From: Naegleria gruberi
Taxonomy: Eukaryota
Reading direction: 5' to 3' (one strand)
DNA length: 64,000 nt
Assembly: GCA_000004985.1 (NCBI GenBank)
Contig: GG738845.1
Made by a program: the position numbers and the translations under genes. Shown here piece after piece: positions 1-9,475 of the stretch; positions within the stretch are counted from its first letter, which is position 1; every line of letters begins with the position of its first letter. A model generated the notes under the pieces. It saw only the letters and a program-made list of their open reading frames with translations, ran no database searches and was not told where the DNA came from.

Positions 1-682
1 AATCAGATCTTTGTGTTGGACATCCATAGGATTGAATAGTACGATGATGTGGAATTAATTTATCGAGTTTTGAAATTTCTTCTTCCAAATGTTCAACTCT
101 GGCATCTTGTAAATGTTCCAAAAGTCTATTTTGTTGATTCTATATATTATCATCAAGAATTATTATGTTCCGCATAATGTTTGTTATTAGAGTATTCCGC
201 ATAATATTATACATATAATTTACACATTTGATTGTAGATGATGATTATCATTAGCCAAGTTTTATCATCAATATTATTAATAGTAAATAATATAATAGCA
301 AATAAAAACCAGATGATGATGAATATTAATAATAATAATTATTGCTTACCTTCAATTGTTCATATTTAAATTTAGCCAAATTAAAATCTTCAATAGAAAC
401 AGTCTTCTTTTCAACAGCAGCAACAGGCTGTGACTCTACTGGTGCAGATTCTTCAACACTTCTATTAATTGGTGATGAGACTTGTGTGGTTATTGATGAA
501 TTCATTGTTGGTTCAGGTTGTTGTGGAAGTTGTTGTTGTTCAGGTTGTTCTGGTTGTTGTTGTTGGTGGAGTACAGCTGGCTCTGGCTCAACACTACTTG
601 ATTGTTGTGATGCTTGTGTGAGTCCGTTGTTTGGGAAGAAATTTTTGACAAAGTTGGTGGTGAGAGAAACACTGTGGTGCAT
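1..682 (-). CDS. Partial gene of unknown function (Q/P-rich N-terminus, coiled-coil-like C-terminal part). 5' exon 350..682 (ATG 680-682 in AAAAATG context), intron 140..349 (GTAAGC...ATAG, 210 nt), 3' exon 139..<1 continues beyond the window start
   Basis: Minus-strand ORF 326..682 reads through a GTAAGC donor at 349. After the acceptor at 140/141 the same strand stays open to position 1 (NQQNRLLEHLQDARVEHLEEEISKLDKLIPHHRTIQSYG...). The ORF track misses the 3' exon because it lacks a stop inside the window. Confidence 0.35.
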
Positions 683-1320
683 TTTTTAGTGTTGATTGAA
701 TTTGGAAAATAAAAGTGGTGAGCATTGGTGAGAATCGAAACACCAACCTTCTCTATGGAACATTTCGATAATCTTTTTCAAGAATTTAATTCGTGTTTAT
801 TGGTCAGTATATTCAAAAAGGATAAGGTGTTTAAAACTTGGTTTTGGATGTCTGAAAAAATAGCTTTGTTGATTCAGTCCAATTCAGAAAAGATTTATTA
901 AGGGAATGTTGAATTTGATATTAGTTACTTCTCTAAGAATGGATGAGAGTAGAAATTCATTATTTCAATACTTGATATTCAAAACACTCAAATTATTTGT
1001 AAAGCTTATGAGCTGTATTATGTTCCATTGTAATTTTTCTGGTTGACCAGCAAAACTCATCCACATAGACAAATTTAACCTCGTGCAAACTCTACCTAGT
1101 ACACACATTTTCACCATTTCATAATAACTGTATTAGATAATGAAACTTTACATTGTAAAAATATTAGAATTATAAAAAGAGAAAATAAATGGTTCAAAAT
1201 TCACTTTTGAGGGGCATGCTAAAAACTACCCACCAATTTGCTGTGACTCACAACGCAACCCATTTCCGAGCCTTTTCCATTGGACTTTTTAATTGCTTCA
1301 ATAAAACTTTCGAAAACAAA

Positions 1321-2480
1321 ATGCTTGCTGCTAAGAAATCAGGTGCTGCTACTGCTGCCGACAATAAGATTAAAATTCTCTTCGTCACTGGTAACGAAAA
1401 TAAGAAGAAGGAAGTTCAACAAATTATGGGTGAACAATTCCAAGTTGATTCTTTGGCTATTGATTGTAGGTTTTTTAAATCATCATCATGGAAATTTTAA
1501 TTTAACAATAATTATTATCATAACCATGATTACAATGTTTTAATGAAATATTATTTCACTTATCGAAATTATCAAAATTATCAAAATTATATTTTAACGT
1601 TTTTTGGAAATTGTATTATTGAATTTAAATAGTACCAGAACTTCAAGGAGAAATTGATGAAATTTCAAAGGAAAAATGTAGAATTGCCATTCAAAACGTT
1701 TTGACTGATCCAAAGATTGCCTATAAATATGGTTCCGAACACGTCATTGTTGTTGAAGACACTTCATTGTGCTTTAATGCTTTGAATGGAATGCCAGGTC
1801 CTTATATTAAATGGTTCTTGGAAAAGTGTGGACATGAGGGTTTGAACAAGATGTTGGTTGGTTTTGAAGATAAGACTGCTTCTGCTGTTTGCACTCTTGC
1901 TTATTTCCATCCTAAATGGTTGCAAGAACAATTAAAGACTATGAAGGGACACGAACATATGCATGACCATGGTGAATCTGGTTGTTGTGACCACGATCAC
2001 GAACATGATCATCATGAACACAAGCATGAACATAAACATGAACATGGTGAATCTTGTTGTGATCATGACCATCATCATGAACACAAGCACGAACACAAGC
2101 ATGAACATGGTGAAGAAAAGTGTTGTAAGGGATTGAGCCCAGAGGAATGTTGTAAAAATAAGGAAGGAGCTGAAAAGTGTTGTGAAAATGATGAATGTTG
2201 TAAGGAAGGTGAAGAAGAATGGGAAGATGATTGTTGTGATGATGGATGTGGATGTTGTGGAGAAGTTGAATTGGATTTGAATCCAAAAGTTATCAGAGGT
2301 GAAACCACTGGTGACATTGTTCTTCCAAGATCTGCTGAAGGTCCAGCTTTCGGATGGGATCCAATCTTCCAACCAACTGGTTTCACACAAACTTTTGCTG
2401 AAATGACTAAGGAACAAAAGAATACTATCAGTCACAGATATAAGGCTTTCCAAGCTTTGCAAGCTGCCTTGTTAGAGTAA
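1321..2480 (+). CDS. itpA: Inosine triphosphate pyrophosphatase (ITPase/Ham1 family). Exon 1 1321..1465, intron 1466..1632 (167 nt, GTAGGT...ATAG), exon 2 1633..2480. Carries a roughly 110-aa His/Cys/Glu-rich insertion
   Basis: Exon 1 gives [25 protein letters not shown]...LAID. Exon 2 gives [19 protein letters not shown]...[24 protein letters not shown]...[14 protein letters not shown]...[35 protein letters not shown]. This is collinear with human ITPA. The splice restores the conserved IDLPELQGE motif. Confidence 0.8.
1971..2108 (+). repeat. In-frame tandem duplication (about 75 nt + 63 nt units) inside the ITPase insertion. It encodes [25 protein letters not shown] / [21 protein letters not shown]
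   Basis: Two consecutive near-identical nucleotide units: ggtgaatct(g)gttgttgtga(c/t)ca(c/t)ga(t/c)ca...gaacacaagca(t/c)gaaca(t/c)aa(a/g)catgaacat. Confidence 0.6.
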
Positions 2481-2602
2481 ATTTTTGTCTTTTCAATTGT
2501 TGAGTATTTAAGTGTAAGAGATGTGTTTGTCTCGAAAAATTTGTTCTGCCTCAATTCAAAAAACAAGAAAATTCGTGTCTTATTAAATAACCAAAAAAAA
2601 AT

Positions 2603-4429
2603 ATGAGACAACACTCCCTCGTACATCTTTTATTCGGTAGCAGAAATGATGACACACTGAATGCTGCTGATGATGATCAAATGAGCACCTTTGCTGCCAC
2701 TAATGAGCACGATAAAAATCAAGAGAATATTCTTGTTACAATGATGGTTCTAGCTATTGCTTCCTTTTCAATATTTGCTTCGGAGGAGAGTTTCTTTTTT
2801 CAATCATCAATGATTTATAGATTGATTTTGTTCTTTTTGATGAGTGCAATTTCTATTGGATTACTTCAATTAATTATCAAGTTTGTAAATACTAATGATT
2901 ATTGTAGATATGTGATATATTCCCTCCTCATCATTGTGATTGCACAATTTCCATTTGAAAAGTATTCGAGTTTGAATTTGCATGATGAAAAATTGTGGAA
3001 ACATGATGTAGAGTATTCGACTAAGGTTTTACTACCAACTATATATACGAATGTTACTTTTTCCAAGATACAGCACGAGTATAAACTTGAAGAAATTGCC
3101 AAATGGTACAAAATACCAACAAATGATACCTATCTTGTGAATGAAGATGATTTATTTTACAATTCGATACCAAATGATATGAATTATTGTAATTATAAGG
3201 CTAGTATTGATAGTCAATGGTTTGAATATTTAAAGGCTGCAAAGGACATGACAATTATTCCTCTCAATAGAATGAAAATCTTGGAGAAATTCAATTCTAC
3301 TATGAGTTTCAAACTCTACAAATCAGTCTCCAAAATTCTCAACTCTATCAAATCTGTACATGATTTGACATTAACTAAAACTAGATTGGAGCAGGGTATT
3401 TCAAATGAATGTAAAGGAGATTATTTCAAATTGATTTGGTGGGATTTTAATAAGGAGTCAATTATGAATTGTTCATTTATAATCAAGTTTAACACAACCG
3501 AAAGAACCAAGCACGAAACTATTTTAGATTTTGAACGTCGACAAGTGTTGGAGCCAACAGAGCATACATATATTGAGAATTTGTACAAACCCGAATATAA
3601 ATGGGCAGTTGCAAGGAGGACAATACAAGAAACTGAAATATTTGTAAGCATTCAGTCAAAGAGTGTACATGAGGATTTTTCTGAATTATTCATTCCTTAC
3701 TCTAACGCAACAACCTATTCTTCATCAAGTAAATGTAGAGAGGAAAAACATACAGTTTATTTGGGAGATTTCATAATTAAGAATGAAACGAAATACGAGT
3801 GGGTTCACTCTTATGATCCAATATTATTTTATACTGGAGCAATTATGGCTGCTTTTGCCTTTCTATCAATGTGGATATGTAAAATGTTACTAATTATCTT
3901 GATTGGATTTATTATCTATTATTTAATATTTAATCATCAACAAGCAAATGAAGAAGAACACTTAGAGGAGGAAATTATCACGAACATTTTGGAATCCACA
4001 AATCCTGAAACACTTCAACAACCTGTATCATCTTTATCAAATGACATGACATTTTTCAACGTAAATCTTAATGAAGTGAAAATGGAAGAACAGATTGGGG
4101 AAGAAATACTATTGGGACCAGTTATATCATTCGAGGAAATGAGAAATTCCAGAAAATCCAGACCAAACCAATCGAATGATAGTATTAGTCAGGATTCTAA
4201 TGAGGAGGATGAAGAGTTAGGTTCAACTCTTGAACTAGCAGTCAACCCTTCTCCAGCGACATTACAGGAAGGAATTGCAGAACAAACCACTCTATTAAGA
4301 GTGACCAGAAGAAAGAATCCAAGTGTAAAGCGTTCCTTTGAACGAGCCATGGAACCAATTTTAGATATTATGGTAGATGATGATATTATAGAATCATCAC
4401 CAAATCTAAAGAAAATCAAGGAAGAATAA
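2603..4429 (+). CDS. Hypothetical multi-pass membrane protein with an acidic C-terminal tail (608 aa)
   Basis: Long intron-free ORF with ATG in an A-rich context (aaaaaaaatATG). It has several hydrophobic segments (ILVTMMVLAIASFSIF, LILFFLMSAISIGLLQLII, IMAAFAFLSMWICKMLLIILIGFIIYYLIF). I recognise no family. Confidence 0.4.
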   Translation: MRQHSLVHLLFGSRNDDTLNAADDDQMSTFAATNEHDKNQENILVTMMVLAIASFSIFASEESFFFQSSMIYRLILFFLMSAISIGLLQLIIKFVNTNDYCRYVIYSLLIIVIAQFPFEKYSSLNLHDEKLWKHDVEYSTKVLLPTIYTNVTFSKIQHEYKLEEIAKWYKIPTNDTYLVNEDDLFYNSIPNDMNYCNYKASIDSQWFEYLKAAKDMTIIPLNRMKILEKFNSTMSFKLYKSVSKILNSIKSVHDLTLTKTRLEQGISNECKGDYFKLIWWDFNKESIMNCSFIIKFNTTERTKHETILDFERRQVLEPTEHTYIENLYKPEYKWAVARRTIQETEIFVSIQSKSVHEDFSELFIPYSNATTYSSSSKCREEKHTVYLGDFIIKNETKYEWVHSYDPILFYTGAIMAAFAFLSMWICKMLLIILIGFIIYYLIFNHQQANEEEHLEEEIITNILESTNPETLQQPVSSLSNDMTFFNVNLNEVKMEEQIGEEILLGPVISFEEMRNSRKSRPNQSNDSISQDSNEEDEELGSTLELAVNPSPATLQEGIAEQTTLLRVTRRKNPSVKRSFERAMEPILDIMVDDDIIESSPNLKKIKEE

Positions 4430-4513
4430 ATTGTCAAATAGATGCCCAATTCTCTCAGTAACAAGTCCAATTTGAGATTTATTGTTTGAAATCAATAGAT
4501 TCAATATTTACAA

Positions 4514-6220
4514 TTAAAATGATTCCCCTGTTCCCATTTGTTGATTTAGTAATTCTTCATCAAGGTAAGAGGTTTGTCCATTATCAAAATCTGTACTCTC
4601 TATTGTAGTTGCTTGGGTATCGTATTGTGAGTATCTATTATTATTTGTGTGGTCAGTAATTGGTTGAGATGGAAGATATTGATCTGAGAATAGTGATAGC
4701 ACATTTTCTGATTTAAAATTCGCAATAACGTTAGCGATTGGATCTTTCAAACGTATTTCATAATCAATTGTTGCCATTATTGTCTTGTTGGCCTTTCCAA
4801 TTATATTGGCAGTTCCCTTAATAACATTGCTTTTGCCATCCTTTATAAATCCGGCTAAAGGAATCTCAACTTGCCCAACAACTTCGCAATTATCTATTGA
4901 GTGAGCAATTGTTAATTGCACCAATATATAACCATTAGCAATATAGTACATAAATAGTGTGTTGTTTTCAAATTCGAATAACTTTTCAAACGCAAGCTCA
5001 TTAGTTATACCGTATGTCATTCCTGATAATTGTGTTTCATGCTTGAAGAAATCAACTGACAAGAAGAATGGAAGATTGCTCCACTCCTTGGAAAAGTGAG
5101 TCATATTTGGCCTAGTGTTGAATAACTTGAATTGACATTGATTTTCAGAATGGGTTTGAACAAAGTTTACCTTAATTTCTCTAGGTTGAGGTAAATCTTT
5201 GTGTAAAATTGTAACCATTCTATCTCCTTCATCTTCTGGAATATATTTTGGCTCTGGCTTTGTTTGGGGCTTTTCCTTTGGTGGTTCTTGTTTAGGAAGT
5301 ACCAACTCTTCATATATAGGTTTTTCGATAATTGGTGGTTTTCTTAGAGTTGGTTTTTCAATAATGATAACTTCAGGTTTGTAATTACTTTTTACAACAT
5401 CGACAAAAGGTTCAATTTCCTTATAGATTTGAACAGGTGGTTTCCAATCCATAATTGGAGGTGGAGGTTTCACTTCTCGTTTCACTTCTGGTTCAATATT
5501 TACTTGAACAGATTGAGCATAACTAGCAGGTTTCTTTTCTATGAGTGTTTGAACTTCTGCCGATATTGTTAATATGGAGTTAGTTTGGGTTGGAACTGAT
5601 TTCTTTTCCTTTTTCTCCATCATTGTCTCCAGCTGAGTTTCTTGATTTTTATACTTGGCAACAATTTTTGTATACTTTACGTGTTGCTCTGAAAATTTAT
5701 CATTCCATTGTTTGATTTCTTGTTTTAATTGTTCAATCAAAGTTTCATATTTTTTGTTTTGTTTCTTTTCCTTTAACTTTTCTGTATCCAACAATGTATC
5801 TTGAAGGTTTTTGTTGACCTTCCTTAGTGATTCAATTTCTTGTCTTAGTTTCTTATTCTTTTCCTCGCTGTCTGATAATTTTGTAATTTCAATTTGTTGA
5901 AGTTGAATTTTGTTTTGGAGCTCTGATGAGCGTTCTCTTTCGTCCTTTAAATCTCGTTCCAACTCTCCTAAACGATTAATTAATTCCTTATGATTATCCA
6001 AAATAAATTTGAAATTATTTTCCAACTGATCGTATTTAGATTGAAGTTGTTTAATCTTGGTATTTTTACTCCGAATTTCATGTTGAAGAGATAATAATTC
6101 CATCTCATGTTGTTGACGCAATTTAATATCATCAGCTGAGGGCTGAATAGGATTTCCTATTTGTTGTTGTTGTTGTTGCTCCCGACTAACAATCCGTGCC
6201 TGTTGTCGTTGTTGAAGCAT
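4514..6220 (-). CDS. Coiled-coil protein: N-terminal poly-Q, a long heptad-repeat region, Pro/Lys-rich repeats, and a C-terminal about 180-aa predicted beta-sandwich (C2-like) domain
   Basis: 568-aa minus ORF with ATG at 6218-6220 in an A-rich context. The coiled-coil region runs ELLSLQHEIRSKNTKIKQLQSKYDQLENN...LQNKIQLQQIEITKL. The Pro/Lys repeats are KPPIIEKPIYEE / KPEVIIIEKPTLRKPP. The function of the C-terminal domain is not established. Confidence 0.45.
   Translation of the reverse strand: MLQQRQQARIVSREQQQQQQIGNPIQPSADDIKLRQQHEMELLSLQHEIRSKNTKIKQLQSKYDQLENNFKFILDNHKELINRLGELERDLKDERERSSELQNKIQLQQIEITKLSDSEEKNKKLRQEIESLRKVNKNLQDTLLDTEKLKEKKQNKKYETLIEQLKQEIKQWNDKFSEQHVKYTKIVAKYKNQETQLETMMEKKEKKSVPTQTNSILTISAEVQTLIEKKPASYAQSVQVNIEPEVKREVKPPPPIMDWKPPVQIYKEIEPFVDVVKSNYKPEVIIIEKPTLRKPPIIEKPIYEELVLPKQEPPKEKPQTKPEPKYIPEDEGDRMVTILHKDLPQPREIKVNFVQTHSENQCQFKLFNTRPNMTHFSKEWSNLPFFLSVDFFKHETQLSGMTYGITNELAFEKLFEFENNTLFMYYIANGYILVQLTIAHSIDNCEVVGQVEIPLAGFIKDGKSNVIKGTANIIGKANKTIMATIDYEIRLKDPIANVIANFKSENVLSLFSDQYLPSQPITDHTNNNRYSQYDTQATTIESTDFDNGQTSYLDEELLNQQMGTGESF
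6161..6179 (-). repeat. (CAA)6 microsatellite encoding the poly-Q tract of the coiled-coil protein
   Basis: The plus strand reads ttgttgttgttgttgttg. Confidence 0.5.
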
Positions 6221-6435
6221 TTTTTTTGTAAATTGTTTTGGCGGGAAATTTCGTTACATTGATGATTTCCTATGAGGATTGAAACAACTCATGATGATTT
6301 TAAATTGAGATGAGTTGATGAAATTTTCTTTAATAAGTTATTGATTTGTTTAATTTGCTCTTGTATGCTGGTGGTTAGAAGAGTTCCAATATATGACATT
6401 ATTCAATAGTTTATTTAAACTTTCTAATAAAAATG

Positions 6436-7038
6436 TTATAAATCATGTAAAGCATTTTTAAAAGGTTCTTCGTCTAAAGCCTTACTACCAATTGTAATAT
6501 CACTTTTAATAGCATTAATTAAATCATCTAAATTGTCATATTTTTCCATATATCTAATAAAGCCACAAATAGAAATAGTTAAATTTTCTCCATAAAAATC
6601 AGAATTAAAATCATGCAATAAATGTGGTTCAATAGTTTTCTGTTCATTTTGAAAATGTGGATTGTTACCAATACTAATAACTGTTTTACAAGTTATTCCT
6701 CTTATTTTAGCATATCCTATATAAACACCCATTTCGATTTGTGATAATTCTTTACAATTTTCAATTGGTAAATTCGCTGTTGGAATTCCCAATAATTTTC
6801 CTCCTCTTCCAAATCCTTTAATTACTTCTCCTGTTATTTTAATAGGTTTTTCAATCGGAATTACATTGTGTATTCCTATTATAATAAAAATTAATAGGAA
6901 TAATTTGTTTATATAAAAAATTTAATAATGTAACATTTCCGATGATTATTAAAATGATGATTACTCATCAATAATTTTTTTACTGTACATACTCTTTAAT
7001 AAATGATTGGGTATAGTACAAAGGGTGGAAGTTGCCAT
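6436..7038 (-). CDS. rfk: Riboflavin kinase (flavokinase). Exon 1 7038..6993 (46 nt, MATSTLCTIPNHLLK + 1 nt), intron 6992..6877 (116 nt, GTATGT...TTATAATAG), exon 2 6875..6436
   Basis: Exon 2 encodes (R)IHNVIPIEKPIKITGEVIKGFGRGGKLLGIPTANLPIEN...ISIGNNPHF...DFYGENLTISICGFIRYMEKYDNLDDLINAIKSDI, which carries the GFGRGxKxLGIPTAN and NPxF riboflavin-kinase motifs. The minus-strand frame has no ATG between the acceptor and an upstream in-frame stop. The ATG at 7036-7038 (aaaaaaaATGG) plus a GTATGT donor at phase 1 restores the frame. Confidence 0.75.
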
Positions 7039-7277
7039 TTTTTTTGTTTGAAAAGGTTCATTCCGATGAGTCGGATATTTGTAGAGCATATTGTTCCGTA
7101 ATATAGCCTCTGCAGGGTGGATTAATTGCAGTAAATAATTTTAATAAGGATGAGAGAACAGCACAAAATATTTCATAACAATACGAGTGATATTTGAAAG
7201 TTTTACTCTGCAGAGAAGAATTTACAGTGCAAGTAAATGGTAGTATTTTGGAAGAACAAAAATTTTAGCTTTAAAAA

Positions 7278-7982
7278 ATGTCAGAAGTGGACCGTGAAAC
7301 TAAAGTGAGAAAGGAGGTTTTGCGAGTGTAGGTATTAATTTCATCATCATCAACAAATATTAATAATGATCATTATTATTGTGTGGAATGAACAAATTGG
7401 AATCTATAGATTTAATTTGAGGAGAGACAATTTTCAAACTTTACTAGAATACAATGATTATTTGGAAAGGGTTGAGGATATTAGTATGTGTTTTATAATA
7501 ATATATATTTGTTAATCATCATGACAATAGTCTTTGATCTTGCCTATTCAAATGATAATGAAGTTAAATTAAAAAGACAAAAGGAAATGGATGATTTTAA
7601 ACATAATAACAAGACTCTTATCGCTAAAAACAGAGCACTTGCCGAGAATGAATACAAACAACAAATTTTGGAGAAGGAAAAGAAGGAGGCAGTAGAGGAA
7701 GAAAGAAAACATAAGGAATCCCAACTCAAACACTTGAGAGAAGTAACAGTGCAAGAGAAACAAGAAGAAAAGAATGCAACTACAAATTTCCAAGTACCAC
7801 TGGCAATGCAAATGGGATTGAATCAAAAGAGACAGCCAGCTCCGAAAATGATTGCTCAAACAGGAGTTATCTATGCAACTTTACCTCCCGAAGAACAGAG
7901 AAGATACGAAGCAGCAGCTGGTTACACTCCTTCCTTTGTCATGCAGAGAGCTAATCAAGAAGCTTACACTCTTGTTTTGTAA
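7278..7982 (+). CDS. Hypothetical small charged coiled-coil protein. The main ORF is 7488..7982 (ATG at 7521). A possible short 5' exon 7278..7325 (MSEVDRETKVRKEVLR) would join across a 159-nt intron (7326..7484) in phase 0
   Basis: The ORF is KLKRQKEMDDFKHNNKTLIAKNRALAENEYKQQILEKEKKEAVEEERKHKESQLKHLREV...YEAAAGYTPSFVMQRANQEAYTLVL. The upstream ATG at 7278 (aaaaaATG) lies in the same frame and is interrupted by a stop that a GTGTAG..TTAG intron would remove. The exon join is speculative. Confidence 0.3.
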
Positions 7983-8260
7983 TGAATGTATTCATATTAT
8001 ACAGGAGAGATCAATCTTTAAACTCTCGGAATTAGATTTTCAGATAACATATGATGCAAGATTTGGAAGAGATTTGTAAATTAGAAATTGGTTGTTTGCT
8101 TCAAGTGAAGATCGAAGATGTCAACAATAGATGGTGCATATTATACAGGTTCTAATAACTCAATAAAATTTACACTCATCATGAAATTGCACTACAGTAA
8201 TGCTGTTAATACTGTATGTTATTGTTGCTTTATTGTTATTTCGAATAATCATTAGAAAAA

Positions 8261-9370
8261 ATGCTTTCGTTCTCTAGAAGGCTCCTTCTCAAAGGTCCCA
8301 CTATTTCTGCCACAGAGCTGGAAAGTATATTCGGATTAAAAGCACACAACTGTGATGTAAAAACTGCTCTCGATCCAACCAAAGCAAAATGCAAAAAGCT
8401 TGCTCTCTTTGGTGATTCCAAGTTGAGCAATTTAATAACAGAAAAATTAAAACCACTACTTGATGATGAATCAATACCATTGGGAGATATTAGCATGAAG
8501 AGAGAAAGGTACACCATGAACTCAACTCTTGCTTCCTATTTGAAATACAAGCATGAGGAAATTTATCTCAGTATTCTTGAGAATGACATTGAAAAGAGGG
8601 AACAATTGAATGACCACAGTTTGGGAACTGTATTTGAAGCGTTGTTTTATCTTGCTCCACAAGAGAAGTGTATTGAAATTGTGAATAGTTTGATTGAATG
8701 GGTCGATGGAGAAGGTTCACAATATATCAAGGCACCATTAGTGAAATTTTGCATCATGGTTGATTCTATTAATGATGGACCACAGCTCAAAGTGGAGAAT
8801 TGTTTCTCAATGAAAGAAATTACAATGAAGATTGATGAGGATAATAGTCAGGAATTGTTTGGCGATATATCTAAATTCATGATGGAACGTTCCAAAGAAG
8901 CTATTGAAAAACACAATGAAACTAACTCTCTAGATTTCATAATTAATGGAAAAATTATTCAGGGAAATCATTTAGAAGAACCAATAACAGTTCAATGGAA
9001 AAGTAGATCTGGAAATTATTATGATCAGAAGGTCTTTCCGTGTTGTGGTACTTTATGTGTTTTGAATGGTGGAAAATGTAAAAGGAGAACATGGCTCAAT
9101 AAGGATTCATTTCATTCTGGCCAATTGAAAGGATCAGGAAGTAAGAGATGTGGAGGTGGACATGCACCCTCAGGAAGTAGTACAGATCACATCCCCAAAG
9201 TTAGAGCACATTGGTCATGTTGTTACGAACATGCAGAAAGTGAAGGATGCATCCAAAATGGCTATACTAAAAAGTTGAAAGGTCTCGATTTGTTTCCAAA
9301 AGTACCAATATCATCATCACAAGAAGATGAATTAGAGGATATATCCAACACACCTCATTTCAGTGCCTGA
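8261..9370 (+). CDS. RNase III-domain protein, probably mitochondrial (mL44/MRPL3-like), with an unusual Cys-rich C-terminal tail
   Basis: The N-terminus MLSFSRRLLLKGPTIS looks like a presequence. KLALFGDSKLSNLITEKL and GTVFEALFYLA match the RNase III signature regions (ERLEFLGDS and EALIGAIYLD). The C-terminus reads FPCCGTLCVLNGGKCKRR...HWSCCYEHAESEGC. Confidence 0.4.
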   Translation: MLSFSRRLLLKGPTISATELESIFGLKAHNCDVKTALDPTKAKCKKLALFGDSKLSNLITEKLKPLLDDESIPLGDISMKRERYTMNSTLASYLKYKHEEIYLSILENDIEKREQLNDHSLGTVFEALFYLAPQEKCIEIVNSLIEWVDGEGSQYIKAPLVKFCIMVDSINDGPQLKVENCFSMKEITMKIDEDNSQELFGDISKFMMERSKEAIEKHNETNSLDFIINGKIIQGNHLEEPITVQWKSRSGNYYDQKVFPCCGTLCVLNGGKCKRRTWLNKDSFHSGQLKGSGSKRCGGGHAPSGSSTDHIPKVRAHWSCCYEHAESEGCIQNGYTKKLKGLDLFPKVPISSSQEDELEDISNTPHFSA

Positions 9371-9475
9371 GTAATCATGTAAAAACTGGAAATTTTAAAC
9401 TTCCACACAACAGTTCTAAAAATTTTAAAAATAAAATCAATTCTCTCCTCGAACATCAAATTCTACAAAAAAAAT

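Noticed and set aside
1932-2462. Three overlapping minus-strand ORFs (1932..2462, 1939..2286, 2075..2386) antisense to the ITPase gene
   Set aside because: They are frame shadows of the His/Cys-rich repeat (poly-H, poly-M and poly-S translations) and have no start context. The sense strand carries the conserved ITPase.
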